Positions 37,212 to 50,280 of a DNA stretch of 64,000 bases are shown here, in pieces (the stretch's first letter is position 1; every line of letters starts with the position of its first letter). Under the pieces are notes generated by a model. The model was not told where the DNA came from, made no database searches, and saw only the letters and a program-made list of their open reading frames with translations. The stretch lies in assembly GCA_964187785.1 (NCBI GenBank), contig OZ076409.1:40488001-40552000 (forward strand), in the 5' to 3' direction. The translations under genes and the position numbers were made by a program. This DNA comes from Amphiscolops sp. MND2022 (Eukaryota).

Positions 37212-40200
37212 TGTTATAGACTCGCAAAAGAATAGAAGTGAGAAGATTCATGTTAAAAGTTGTAACAATGTCAAATGGTCATGACAACTATGAGTTAAGC
37301 ATTAAGTACACATCACAAAGGGTTCGCGTCATAATGAATGTCACTAGAGTGGAGTTTCGGGCAGGTACTAAATGTAAATACGTCTAGACTGGCTAGCTGC
37401 CTTCTTTTTTTTCTCCTTGTTTCCGTTCGGCGTCTGCGGTGCGGACTTTCCACTTTTGGCTGGTGACCTGGGGTAGCAAGTGAAGTGGATGACTTTCTTC
37501 TCAGTTCTGGGCTTTTGTTCTGAAAAGTTCAGTTACGTTTTAAAATAATCTACTCCACCAAGTTTTTTCACCCTTTTTGCCGTCCTAAGTCTATCTGATT
37601 TACGTACTCTATGTTCCACTCCACTTCAAAATTATCTATTTCGTCCCCTCTTCCAATACCTATGTCTACAATACTTTTTTCCATCACTGTGTTGAGCTTG
37701 CGGGGTGGGGGTTGTGTTGTTATCTGATGCAGTTCGACTAATTACCTGTTCTCTGCTACAACCGCCGGCGACGTTATCATTGGCGTTTGAACGTTGGACG
37801 GCGTGTCCGTTGTCTTTGCTTTTTGTCCGTCGGCGTATTTCACTTCCGCTGTGACGGTGAGTTCTGGCTCTGATTCTACCGGGTTCGGTTCTTCTTCGAT
37901 CGTAGTGGACTGACTGTCCGAAATCACGGTATTTTCAGGCGTTTCTATTTGTTCTCTTGACGACATTATTGAGAGTGTTTTACTTGAGATGGCTTTTTGT
38001 CTCTCCTTGTTCTCGTTTTTTTTTTTGCATTCGGCCCTTGTTTTTAGATGGGTTTCGCATAATTCGATATCACTGAATCGGCCGCATCTTTTGCATCTTT
38101 TTGTTGGCTTTCTGCTCTTTTCCGTTTTCTATGATGGCTGAAACTTTAAAGGATTAGATGTCAGTTTTTAGTGTATCGTTCTTCCATCGGACGTTGTTAC
38201 AGTATGCTTAGTTTCTTTATACGCGGTTAGAGTTTTGTTAGTTTTAAATCTGCGTTTCATTGAGTCTGGCTTGGTTTCTTTCTCAAAATTTGGTATTCTT
38301 CAAAATTTTCGCTTACTGATCGACCTCTCTTCTTTGATTCGTTGAAGACCAGATAGTCGGCAACTTCTCCATCCGAATCATGAGTGGTAAAAACTTGTAG
38401 TTCTGCGGGTTGTGCTAAAACGTAGTTGGTTTTTGTTTTTTTTCCAATTGGATAGATTAGCCACTGTTGACCAATCAGATTGGTGATAGGGGCAGGTGAT
38501 TTGCGACCGAAATGCATTTGGGAAGGTGTCATATTCAACGTGCTGTGCGGTATTTGTCTAATTGTCTTAATTGCTAGTTGAACGCTTTCTTCATAAGTTA
38601 ATAAGTCCTCGAAAGCCGCTCTAGTTAGCGATTTATTCGTGCCTATTGTTCTTTCTTTAATCAGGTTCCCGTGTGTAAGTTAGGAGTACATCGTATTCGT
38701 TTTATGTTTTCACCGTTGCAGTAATTTTTAAACTCTTGACTTTTGAAACAACTGACGTTTCCGTTGTTTTAGTATAAATTTTATTATGGTCTAAATTTTT
38801 TTATGGTATAAATATAATTTAGTATGGTCCGTGAATACGTATTTTTACAAATTTGTGCCGTTGGCCACTTTTTAAAACGATCGATAGTCTCTAAAATGTA
38901 GACGTCCCCGCGTGTCTTGCGTTTGATTGGACCGGCGAAATCCAATTGAATTTCTTGGTTCGGTTCGGATACAACTTCGAGTCTATTTACTTCTGTATGC
39001 GGTATTTGCGTTTCAATTTCTTACCTGCGTCTCTACACCGTTGGCAAACTTCGGCTCTCTCTTTGATCTCGAGGTACGATCCGGGCCCCCAAAACCCTTC
39101 TGCCGACTGGTCCATCTCGTTTACAGACACATGTCCTTGATGTAAATTGGCAATCAGCGTCGATCTCATAGCTTCGGGGATGATTATCTTGTCGTTGTAA
39201 AATAAAAATCCAAAGCGAGTGGTCAAGTCTTCCCTGTGTGGGCGATAGGGGTAGAAAATGCTGTCTGAATGGCCCGTCTCGAGTGCAATTCTCGCATCCA
39301 GAAGTTTCGTATCACTAGCTCTTTTGTCGACTAACAGCGGCAAATCCATGGAAAAGTCTTTCTCGACTTTCTTTATGGCTTCCTACGTCGTCTCGTTTTG
39401 GGCTTCCTGCAGGGTATTTTGTTTTGCCGTCTGCTTCAGCCGGATGAGGTTAACACTTTCGTGTTTTCGGAACTTCCGCAGTACATTGGTTGGGCATTTT
39501 CCTTGTTTGAGCTGGCTTATTCGATTTTCGAGGTCTGATGACGGATTCAACCAGGACTCGTTGACGTTTTGTTGAAATTCTCTGAGCATGGTCGTCCCCA
39601 GTGTCTCACAATAATGAAAAAATCGATTGAATATCATTACGTTGATCGTCTCCCTTCCTGGTATGAACGATATTCCTGGATTCTTTCGTCATCGCGACCC
39701 TTTCCTATTATTCGGGTCTAATTTGGCTGTAGAATCTTGCTTCACTCTTGACCTAGTCTATGAGTCTCGAAGTACTTTCCTCTCTTTTTAAAAATGAAAT
39801 CCATGACGATACCGTTTATTTTGTGCATTTTTGAATTCGACGGTAAATTGTTTGCATGATTGTTCATTTTAGCTGTTATGATGCTGGCGGTAAGCTGGTT
39901 TGAACTGAGTGCTCAATCCGATCCTGTTCAAGCGTTTGTGTGTTGCGCTGTGATTGGTATAAATCTTGCGCCGTCAACAGTTGCTCGAAGCATCGCGTAA
40001 TGCTTCCGTTCGTGCTATTGAATTCAAACAAACTGTATATTTGGTTAATTACGAATTCTTCTTCGGCTTCCTTCTCGTCTTGTTCGCATTTCGTTTCCGT
40101 CTCGCTGTCGTGTATGATCGGCTGGCGGCTCAAGTAATACGTCAGCGATAAATTCTTACCGACGGTGTATTGTATGTTGACGTCAAAAAAATTCAATCGA

Positions 40201-43110
40201 TCTAGACAGCGTGTGCGCCTCGTGCTGTATTGTTTGTGAGCTCTGTTAATTTTTAACAGCGGTTGTAACGCTTAGTGATCGATTAAAAGATTTATTTTTT
40301 TCTCGTATACGTAATATCTAAAATATTCAAGCCCCCATAAAGAACCTAACAACTCTATTTTTTTATGGCGTACTTTTTCTCACAATCGAAGAGAAACCTA
40401 CACGCAAACGCTATCGGTCTTAAAGTCTCACCTTCCCTTTGCCATGAAGTTGACCCAAACATGTATTACAAGCGTCCGTTGTTATATATTTATCTTTTTT
40501 TTCCGGGCTTAAAATGCGCCAGACACGGTGCATCCGTAAATTTTTTCTTCAGATGTTCAAAGTCGTCGTTTATCTCCGTTGACTGTTCCCATTTAACACC
40601 TATTCTTCAACAGTCTTCTTATTCTATCAGTCTTCTTGGAAAGGTTATTCAGAAATTTTGACAGATGCTGGATTGATCCCTAAAATGACTTTAGTTCTTT
40701 AGTGTTCGTTGGGGCTTCCAGCTTTGTTATGTCTTCAGTTTTACCTTTGATCGGTTTCAACCCGTTCTGATTGATATGATAGCCGAGCCACGTCATTTTT
40801 TTGAATAATTCCGTTTCCTTCTCGCTTGCTCGGTATCCCGCCTCTTGTAGTTTGGATAGGTTATCCCGTAGTTTTCGTTCGTGCTTGCTCTTCTACCGTT
40901 CCGTTCGTGAGAGATAATGTCATCTAGCGAGACAAGTGTTTTGAATTCCAGTTCCTTGTCTATGTGCTCTTAGAATACAGTAGGGATATCGGACGATCCG
41001 TAGAAGTCTTTCTCGAATCGGTAGTGTCCCGTGAAGTTGCCTCCATTGATCGTGCGGCTCCAATGATTCCTGGATTCTTTCGTTATCGCGACGCTTTCCC
41101 ACTATTCGGGTCTTACTTGGCCTGATTGTTTGCCAGATTGTTAACTTAGCTGACTTTAAAAAAAGTTGAACAATGCTATGCATAGTGTTTTTACGCTTCT
41201 TTGGATAATTTGACCTGCCCGTAAGCATAATCTGGGTCATAATTCTTCCATGTTCGGCATCACTGCTTTTCTTTTTATGCATACTTCAATTAGATTCCGG
41301 GAGTCTGGTGCAATTTTCACCGATTTGTCCTTCTTCATAGTTATCACTGCCAGTGATACGAAACGGTTTTCTGTAGTTTTATCTGCTTTTTCAAGATGTT
41401 CCCTTCCAATCATTTTTCCCAACTCATTTCGTACTGTTTTTTGGAAATGGATCGGTACTGGTCTCCCTTTTTGTTGTATCAGTTTGGCGTTTTGTCAGTT
41501 GGATATCTATGGTTAGATATTTTGTTGGGTCAATCATTTTGAAAAGATTCTCGCAATCTTTAAGAATTTTCTCACCTCTTTCGTTGACTTCGGATGTTTG
41601 TTTCTTTGTTCCCCTGTAGGTTGATTTCGAGTTTGTCCAACCACTCTAATCCCAATAGCGTGTTTTCTCTTTCCGTGATTAATATCTGCAGAGTCACTTT
41701 GTTTCTTTCCGTTTTGACTTCGACCATGGCTTCGCTTTTGAACTTTATCGGATTTCAGTTTACATCTACGTAGCATTTTGGAGTTGTCTTCATGCTTTTA
41801 TAATAGGCGGGATTATTGTTACTAGAGAGCTGGTGTCAATAATGATTTCGATTGTCTGTCTCTCCACCAAAATAGAACCGCGAAGTAGAAACCTATGCGG
41901 TAATTCTGTTGATGGATTGAATATGGTCGACTTCTGGCCATGGGAACGTGTCGCCTCACGTATCATCTTCTTGTATCCAGTTTACGGTCTTGGGTCGACA
42001 TACTTTTCCGAAATCTCCTTTTGCAATTGTTGCATTGAGCTTTCCGTGCCTGAAAATTATAGTCCGGTATCCAGTATGACTTTCCGCAAAAGTGAGAACT
42101 TCGGTCCGAGCCTTTCCTTTTTATCTGGTTGCGACTCTCTTCTTCGGCATTTGTTTCGTATATCCGATTTGTTTGTCTTTTGATGAGTTGTCTGACGAGA
42201 TTTTTCGTTGTCTCTTGGATTTGGAAAATTTGTCTCCGTATTTGCGGTTATAGCTTTCCAGTTCAATGGTCTCAAGTACTAACTTTTAAACTTTAATTTC
42301 AGTGGGCCCTTTATGAATTTGTCGCGGGTTTTTTGTCGTTTATGGTCGCTGCGATTTTGTAGGTGATGATGTCTCCAGGAGTAATACTATTAAACCCGCA
42401 TTTTCTCTCGATATCCACCAGTCTCTTCCAATATTCGTCTAGAGTTTCATTGTCTTTTTGTCTGATGTTGAAAAATTGGGCTCTGCAGTGGAATACGTTT
42501 CTTGTTGGTAGGAAGGTCCTTTTGAACAGTTTCAGAAATTCTTGTAAACTGTCATCCATGAGATTTTTCCCCATTGACCTCTCATTGTTTCGTGTTTTGC
42601 TTTTGGGCCCAGGGCCCAAATGACATCACGTTCGATGTGGTAAGTTGTATGTGAGCCATAGTGTCTACTCCCAGTTTTATCAGTTCTTTTTTCTTTTGAT
42701 ATGTCAAGTCGATATATTTTGATATCTGTACCCACCACATTTTCGGGTTTTTTTTTGATAGGTCTGTTCCTCTGTACGATAAGATCGGTATTTTGTCCTT
42801 GTTCCTTTCATTCCTTTTAACTGTTGTTTGGATGGCGATCGTCTGATCGGATACATAGGGGATATTCGTGTTATCCATTGTGTTCTCGGTCTTTCTTTTG
42901 TGACTGCGCCATGTTATAGACTCGCAAAAGAATAGAAGTAGGAAAATTCAAGTTAAATGTTGTAACAATGTTAAATGGTCATGACAACTAAGAGCTGAGC
43001 ATTAAGTATACAACACAGAGTGTTCGCCTCATAATAAGTGTCACTAGAGTGGAGTTTCAGGCAGGTACTAATTGTAAATACGTCTAGACTGGCTAGCTGC
43101 CTTCTCTCCA
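37212..43110 (-). mobile_element. Element C: full-length, heavily decayed Ty3/Gypsy element related to A
   Basis: LTRs at 42912-43110 (5') and 37212-~37405 (3'); TSD AATTG at 37207-37211 and 43111-43115; PBS TGGCGCAGTC (tRNA-Ser-like) at 42902-42911; purine-rich tract at ~37401-37418. Confidence 0.94.
37740..42878 (-). pseudogene. gag-pol: gag-pol of element C
   Basis: FFNIRQKDNETLDEYWKRL (gag); IIDTSS protease at ~41830; RT KKDKSVKIAPDSR..MPNMEEL, DYAYGQ, LDD; RNase H tail YTVGKNLSLTYYLSR; integrase LHQGH..CQRC, IDRF. Confidence 0.9.
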
Positions 43111-44538
43111 AATTGTGAATCAACTGATCTGAGTTGGGGTCGAAACAAGTGTGTCCCGTCTTACTTGAGGTCGGTATATCTATACTCAAAAATCAGCATG
43201 GCAGTATTTTAAGTTCTGCCAGTAGAAACAATCAGCATCACAGTGACGTCCTAGATTACGGATAACGCCAATTGGAAAGTACTTATCCGACATCTAGTCA
43301 CATCTAGACATTGGCTGCATGTGGTAGAAAAAAGTCTCGTGCTGAAATTAGGGTTAGAAATGACTGGAACGGATTATAAGTAATTTTTCTTGGTATTTTC
43401 ATTAGATACGTTTCGGTCGAGCAAATTTTAAAAATTAATGGAAAATTAAGCTCTCGTCCCGACGTTTTTTATTAAGTTCTAACGATGGAAGAGTTCAATC
43501 GTTGAAAATATCCAATTACTGAGAGGAATGAAAATCGAGGACCATGTCATCTATTCCCCCCAGGTACGCCTTTGTAGGAATTTCCCCCGCAACACGAATG
43601 CACATTTTGTTCTTGAATAAAAATATTTCACTATTAAGAGAATATCATAAAAATGTAAATACTTAGAGGATTGTCTCTACAACTGTCTGGATACTTCAGG
43701 TAAAAAAATTACCATAATTTTTTGATATTATTGTCCAAAATAGCAGAAATTCACGTTTGGAACAAGCTAAAATAGTATAAAAAGGCCCCTATTTCTGCGC
43801 AAATTTTGTCCGCTATAAAATCTAATGAGCAACTTTTAACTGACAGTCAATGTAATGGATAGGATTATGTCGACATCAACTAATTTATTGGACCAAAACT
43901 CCAACGCTAACAATGTCGACATAATGGTATTTGAACCTTCTCTCTTATTTCCCCCCTGCCGCAGTTTGGGGGGGATTGATGACATGGTCCAAAATCTAAA
44001 TTTGCATCTGGAAATAGTTTCAAAGTTAACGGATGTTAATCCGTGGCCATAAACAGCTTCGCTCTTCTCTCCAATTGATTTTTTTTTGGTCAGAGAAAAT
44101 TTTTGATAGACAGTTTTGTAGATAACATTAAAAGGTAATTACTAAGGTTGAGATATATAGTTAAAACTGTTGACATTCAAATAAAACTGAGATGCGAAGA
44201 TTTAAGACTCGAAAACTAAGCCGAAATTATATCCTCAATGTTATTTCTACCATCAAACTATACGATTATTTCCATGATTATATAAAACTGTATCAAAGTC
44301 TTTTAAGCCTTTCTTCAAAGTCCTCGAAGTAATGAGAATTGATTGAAGAGAAAATTTGATCGGTAGAACTAAATTAGCACTGAGCATCTGACAGCTGCCT
44401 TGGGTAAACAATTTGAACGCTGGATAAGTTTGTGTGCAGGCCATTAGACTGTCATTTTTCTCCAAACATGTTGCATTAAAATGCATGAAAACTTTGTTAG
44501 TTTGTGAAAAAAGCAGATTTTCATGAGCTGAAACAATA

Positions 44539-44615
44539 TTTTTAAAAATGCTATTACTTCCAATGGGCTTTAGATATATCTGAAGCCCATTGGAAATAAT
44601 AGCAGTTTTTAAAAA
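44539..44615. repeat. 77-bp loopless palindrome centred between 44576 and 44577
   Basis: TTTTTAAAAATGCTATTACTTCCAATGGGCTTTAGATA|TATCTGAAGCCCATTGGAAATAATAGCAGTTTTTAAAAA; two mismatches and one indel between arms. Confidence 0.92.
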
Positions 44616-44948
44616 GTTTTTTTTTTGTTTTTAGTATGTTTGAATGTTCGAAAACCCAAATTGAGTTCTGGGGTTAATATGACAAATTTTGATTTAAAAA
44701 AGCTAGTTTTTTATAAAAACTGAAAAAAAAATTGTAAACTTCTCAAGGAAACCTCCATGCATTCAACCTTCACTGATGCAATTTATATTTATCAAGCTGC
44801 CTATAAAATGCATCCTAAATTTGGCGGCAATTCTGCGCCGCAAAGTTTTGCAGGTTTTATTAAGACGCCGTTCTAATTTTGAAAGCAGCTGAGACCTTCA
44901 TCAATTTAACCGCAGTTTCAATTCAATTTTTTTTCAGTCACATTATAA

Positions 44949-47900
44949 TGTAACGTCCGGCAGTCGGCGAACAGAACGAACTTTGAAAATTTCGTTCAAG
45001 ATTTCAAAATGTGCGATATCGAGATGGCCGACCTGACAGGTACTAAAAATTGAAAAAGAGGACAAAAGAGAGCAAAGAGACCCCACCCCACCACCCAGGA
45101 ACGAGAATGTCCGAGATGTCGTCACCCAGAAGGCGAGAGAATCAGGAATTCTGCCATCTGACAGCAAAAAGACAGGGTTTTGGCAGAAAAGTGCCAAATG
45201 AGACCATTGTTCCCCGAAGATGAGGAATGATGCCAGAGGCAGGAAGCCGATGATCGCCACCGAAATGTAACTGTATACTTTATTGGGGCCTATCCCCACC
45301 TGTTTTGACTGTTTATAGCGTATTTGGATAATGTTTGACCTACTAGGTCCTCATTTTAGTCCTTATTCACTCAATATAATGTATTTCAGTTAGACACCTT
45401 TTTGGACCTCGGAAGTATGTGGGAGATAGCAGGAACGCATTAGGAACCTAGGATACGATTTTACAGGCTTGTGGGGCGTGTCCGGACTTTGAGAGTGCCG
45501 GCCCGTCGCTTCGGAGCTCTAACTAGAGAAGCCTCCTTAGACGTTAGAAAAGTCACCCTTGGAGACCATTTTGGGATCAAAAACTAGTGTCTAGGTATGT
45601 AGTAAGACAACGGTCTCCTGTTTAAGCATCCTAGGCATTGTCCCTCTTCCTAGATGGGCGTCGCTAGCCGGTCGTTACATCTGGAATAGTTTTTATGGCG
45701 ACCACAGAGGGATATTTTTCATATTGCGTACAGGTAGGAGCAACTTCTGCTTTCCGGCCCCGAAGGGTCCAGATCTAGGAAAACAGTTTGGGAGGGTCCT
45801 AGATTATTTTTATAGCATTTTTCTGGCCCTCTGGGCTTTGTACTAGTGTTATTCCTGCGTTTTCCCCGTGTTTCTGAGGTCTACTTAGAGAAATTAACCG
45901 TTCTTAACAGTGTACCCCCTTTTCCTCACTAAAACCTAATAAAAAAGCTATTCCGGCCTATCCGGAAAGTGTTTTAAAGGGTTTTCTAGCTTATTTTCAG
46001 CTAATTTGCAATGTATGGGGACAGAGAGGACGAGCGCCGAAGGTTCCCAACAGCTGTGATGACGTGGTGACGTCCTACACAACCACTCCTCCCACGCCCC
46101 TGTGATTGCAGTACATCACGTCAGACGGGTGAAATCGTCTTTTTTCTTAATTTAACGGCCCAAAAAGAGTATTCCCAGGCCTATCACCATTATAACTAAC
46201 TGAGAAAAATACCCATAGGGTATTCCGATCAGTTGTTAAAAAATTTGAGCTCAAAAACCTCGAAAATAACGTTATTTATAGCTCAATTACCGAAATTTTC
46301 AATTTTGAAAATAAATATTTTATCAAACAGAGTAAGGCCAGTGGGAATACTAAAAAAACGTTCCAACAGACCCCTGGGTCAGGAACAAAAAAATTTTGCA
46401 GGGCCATTTTTCCAAAAATAGCGAAAAATTCAGCAATTTCTGTTAAAAAATCGTCAAATTTGGCCATTTTGACCCAACTTGACGAGGGCTAAGCCTTGGA
46501 CACTAGCTCCCAAGCTTCTGAATCAGCCCAAAAATCTTTTTCCCCAACTTGGTAGCACGAAACACTACTACCAAGTTGTTTTTTAAGGCCCCCAATAGAA
46601 ATTGAAACTTTAATAACTTGTTTCTTTTGATATACATAGATCTGAGCAGAGGACCCCATAGACCTGAGCGATATAACACCAAAAATAATAATTGAACGAA
46701 CCACAACCCCTTACAATAAGTTGTCACACTCTCCCACAGTACTATTGGAACAATCCCAAACGCCCAAGAACCGATAAATAAAAATTTCTTGGTGAAAACA
46801 CGTTATTTCAGTATTGTTCCGAGAGTGTAAAAAGTGCAACTTGAAAAATTTTTGATAGACCCTATTTGGAACCTACCAGGTTTCGCTTGCTTATTTTCTG
46901 TTATTGTATACCCTAACGTTACAAACTCATAAAACGGCGAGTGATTCCAACCTATGGTTGTCGAGAAATAGCCGAAAAGGCGTTATTTTTGCGACATTTT
47001 GGGAACCATATAGTAGTGCTTCCAGCACAAGTCGAAATCTCTCCTAGTAAGAGCAGCCTCAAACGGATTGCACCAGCGTGTAGACCATAAAAAGTTACGT
47101 TAGTGGTGTAATTTTCATAGCGCTAGCACTACTAGTGATTGAGAAATCTTAGCCGCAGTTTTGCTCAAAAATCCTGTGAAAATGTCGAAAAATTTGAATT
47201 TTAGTTGAGCATAGTGCAATACCTCGCAGGTATCCCAACACTAAAATTCTTGCATTTTCGTGCGCACGGCACTGGATCACGACGATTTGTGCAATTTGAG
47301 CAGCCGGCTACTAGCCAAAGCTGAGAAATTGACATTTTTGTGATTTTTGACCCGAAAATGTGGTACCTCTGGTACATCAAGGTTTTGTCACTTCATATCG
47401 CCAGATAGTGATCAAGGCACCTCGCCGCTCTGTTTTTCTCTTACGTGGGCAAAAGTTACGCTCGTAGGCAAAATTTCAGGTGGCTGGGAAGCCTAGAAGG
47501 CGAGTTTGACCACTTTTTGTGAATTTCACGACATAGTCAGTTTTTCAGTGATCATTGTTAAGTGGCCGTGACACCCACAGGGTCAATTTTGACCCAATCT
47601 GAGGAGTATTCCCCACAATTCAGCCAGTGTATTAGACGGTGTGAAATTTTCAGATCGCTAGCAGCGCTAGAAGTGATTTTCACCTTCCCCGGAGGTGCAT
47701 GTTGACGAGAAAATTGTTGATTTTGGGCACTTTTGCAAAAAATCACATAGTTTTTGTCAGTGTACGTGCCAGTAAGGGCCAAGGCGACCCATTAGCAAAC
47801 CAGCCCCCTCAGGACGCCCTGTTGAATCACTCTGATTAGTGCTAAGCTGACCCTAAGATCTCGGGTCTCTGAAAAAATTGGTCTACGAGACATAGAGGTG

Positions 47901-50031
47901 AAAAACCGAAAATGGAAATTCGCCTCCTGACTGCTATCAAAGTCACCCAAGTGCAATCTATCCATTGCGAACATGCATGCGCGACGTTTTTTGAACCCCG
48001 TGGGTGCTGGAGTACGTTTATAGGCACTTTTAGAGGTTTAGACTTTGAACGCAGTGCGTCTCGAAACAGAACAACAAGTACACAAGTGACTACCATAGTT
48101 GAAAAAGAACGCTTTTTCTGATCGTACTACGATCGTAAGGCAAGAAACCGCTTCAAACTCAGTGTCTTTCCTCCTACTCACCCCCAAGTACTACCGGTAG
48201 TCTCTAATCACATTTTTGTTATTACTTGTGCCCTCCAGAAACAGGGCAGCATGAGTGACAAACGGACTTTTCAGACAATCTAACATCTGTAGCCAAGCAG
48301 GCTTCTCAAAAAATCAGTGTTCGCTGCTCAATTCATGCCTAAGGTGTACTTTGGTGCTCGGTACCACAGTTTCATGAACCATGTCGATGTGAAAACACCG
48401 GACAAGAGATTGGCCCGGGGAGTACCCATACTCTCCCGAGAGAAGTCAACACCAAGCATGATGAAACACCTAGAGCTTCGAAGCTCTGAGAACTGCTTGG
48501 CCAGCGGCTGTGCTTTTAGAACCCGAATGATTGCTCTGGAACTTGTTTTTAATGCCGAAGACTGTTTTCATGATCTATCATGCCTGATTTTTGACTTTTA
48601 TTGGTTCTGCTCTATCATCGTTAGTGACATTGTCCCCTCTTGAGAAGTAGTTTGTTTCCATCTCTTGCATATACGCTGGTGCTTGTACTACCTAGACAAT
48701 AACTTTAACTGAGCGTACACTGCTGACACAATAGATTGAATAGTTCCTCATTTTTAGTGATATTTTTGATTTTTTGAGGCCTGTTTCACCATTAGTGCTA
48801 GTTATTGTGCAGTTTCTGTTGGCCATGAACTACGACACTTTTGCAAGACCACAGCTGTTACTTTCATTTTTCGCTTTTCAAGTGCTATCGTGCATTTTTT
48901 AAAACCTAACCTATCAGGTGGGCCCCTGGCCAGTGCCAAACCTGTTGTGATGAGTGCTTTTTATGCAGATGCAATAAGGTGCTAAAAATTTTGAAATTTT
49001 GGTGCGAAATTAAAAGTTTGAAATTGTTTTGAATATAAAGCTAAGTGTCTAAAGTTGCTAATATATTTTCAGTGCAAGAACCCGTTGTTGGTGTGGAATT
49101 GAAGGAAGCCTGCTAGGCTGGCAAAAACTCATGTTTTTGGGCAATAACGTGTTTTTGGGCAACGACTTCCATTTAGATTCCTGAAGTACCATGTTGCAAC
49201 AGTATCACTGGATCACTGGATGGTAGCAACCAAGATGTGAACGTCCTCTCTCGTTTGTCGAGGACGACAAACTACGGCCCGGGGAGGATGTAACGTCCGG
49301 CAGTCGGCGAACAGAACGAACTTTGAAAATTTCGTTCAAGATTTCAAAATGTGCGATATCGAAGAATGCACAAGATGGCCGACCTGACAGGTACTAAAAA
49401 TTGAAAAAGAGGACAAAAGAGAGCAAAGAGACCCCACCCCACCACCCAGGAACGAGAATGTCCGAGATGTCGTCACCCAGAAGGCGAGAGAATCAGGAAT
49501 TCTGCCATCTGACAGCAAAAAGACAGGGTTTTGGCAGAAAAGTGCCAAATGAGACCATTGTTCCCCGAACATGAGGAATGATGCCAGAGGCAGGAAGCCG
49601 ATGATCGCCACCGAAATGTAACTGTATACTTTATGTATACTTTATCCCCACCTGTTTTGACTGTTTATAGCGTATTTGGATAATGTTTGACCTACTAGGT
49701 CCTCATTTTAGTCCTTATTCACTCAATATAATGTATTTCAGTTAGACACCTTTTTGGACCTCGGAAGTTTGTGGGAGATAGCAGGAACGCATTAGGAACC
49801 TAGGATACGATTTTACAGGCTTGTGGGGCGTGTTCGGACTTTGAGAGTGCCGGCCCGTCGCTTCGGAGCTCTAACTAGAGAAGCCTCCTTAGACGTTAGA
49901 AAAGTCCCCCTTGGAGACCATTTTGGGATCAAAAACTAGTGTCTAGGTATGTAGTAAGACAACGGTCTCCTGTTTAAGCATCCTAGGCATTGTCCCTCTT
50001 CCTAGATGTGCGTCGCTAGCCGGTCGTTACA
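44949..50031 (+). mobile_element. Element D: young non-autonomous LTR element (LARD-like) of the element B family
   Basis: LTRs 44949-45679 and 49289-50031 (TGTAAC...GTTACA; about five substitutions plus two indel/replacement events); PBS 45696-45712; PPT GGGGAGGA 49281-49288; no gag/pol motifs inside; empty site in the duplicate unit at ~55491-55510. Confidence 0.95.
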
Positions 50032-50280
50032 TAAGTTTCAAAGTAGCGTCATATTCAGCGTGGTATTTGACTAATGGTGTTTGTTAATTCACCGATTTGA
50101 CGACTCATGTCAGAGAACCTTCGTTCTATATTATTGTGTTCGACATCGTTATTTCTGTAGTAAGTCACCTTCGTCAAATTCAATCATTTGGGCCCAAGAG
50201 AGTACGCTGGGCACACCACAGGTTATTCCAGTAAAATTTTGCATGTAAATCTAAATGGATGAACTAATGTGCATCGGACT

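Noticed and set aside
44943..45299. Hydrophobic ORFs repeated at 49336-49611, and similar ones at 17676-18026 and 32278-32547
   Set aside because: They lie inside LTRs, recur only because LTRs repeat, and are not conserved between B and D.
48317..48643. 108-aa ORF inside element D as a functional gene
   Set aside because: Non-ATG start and no recognisable motif; at most a coding remnant.
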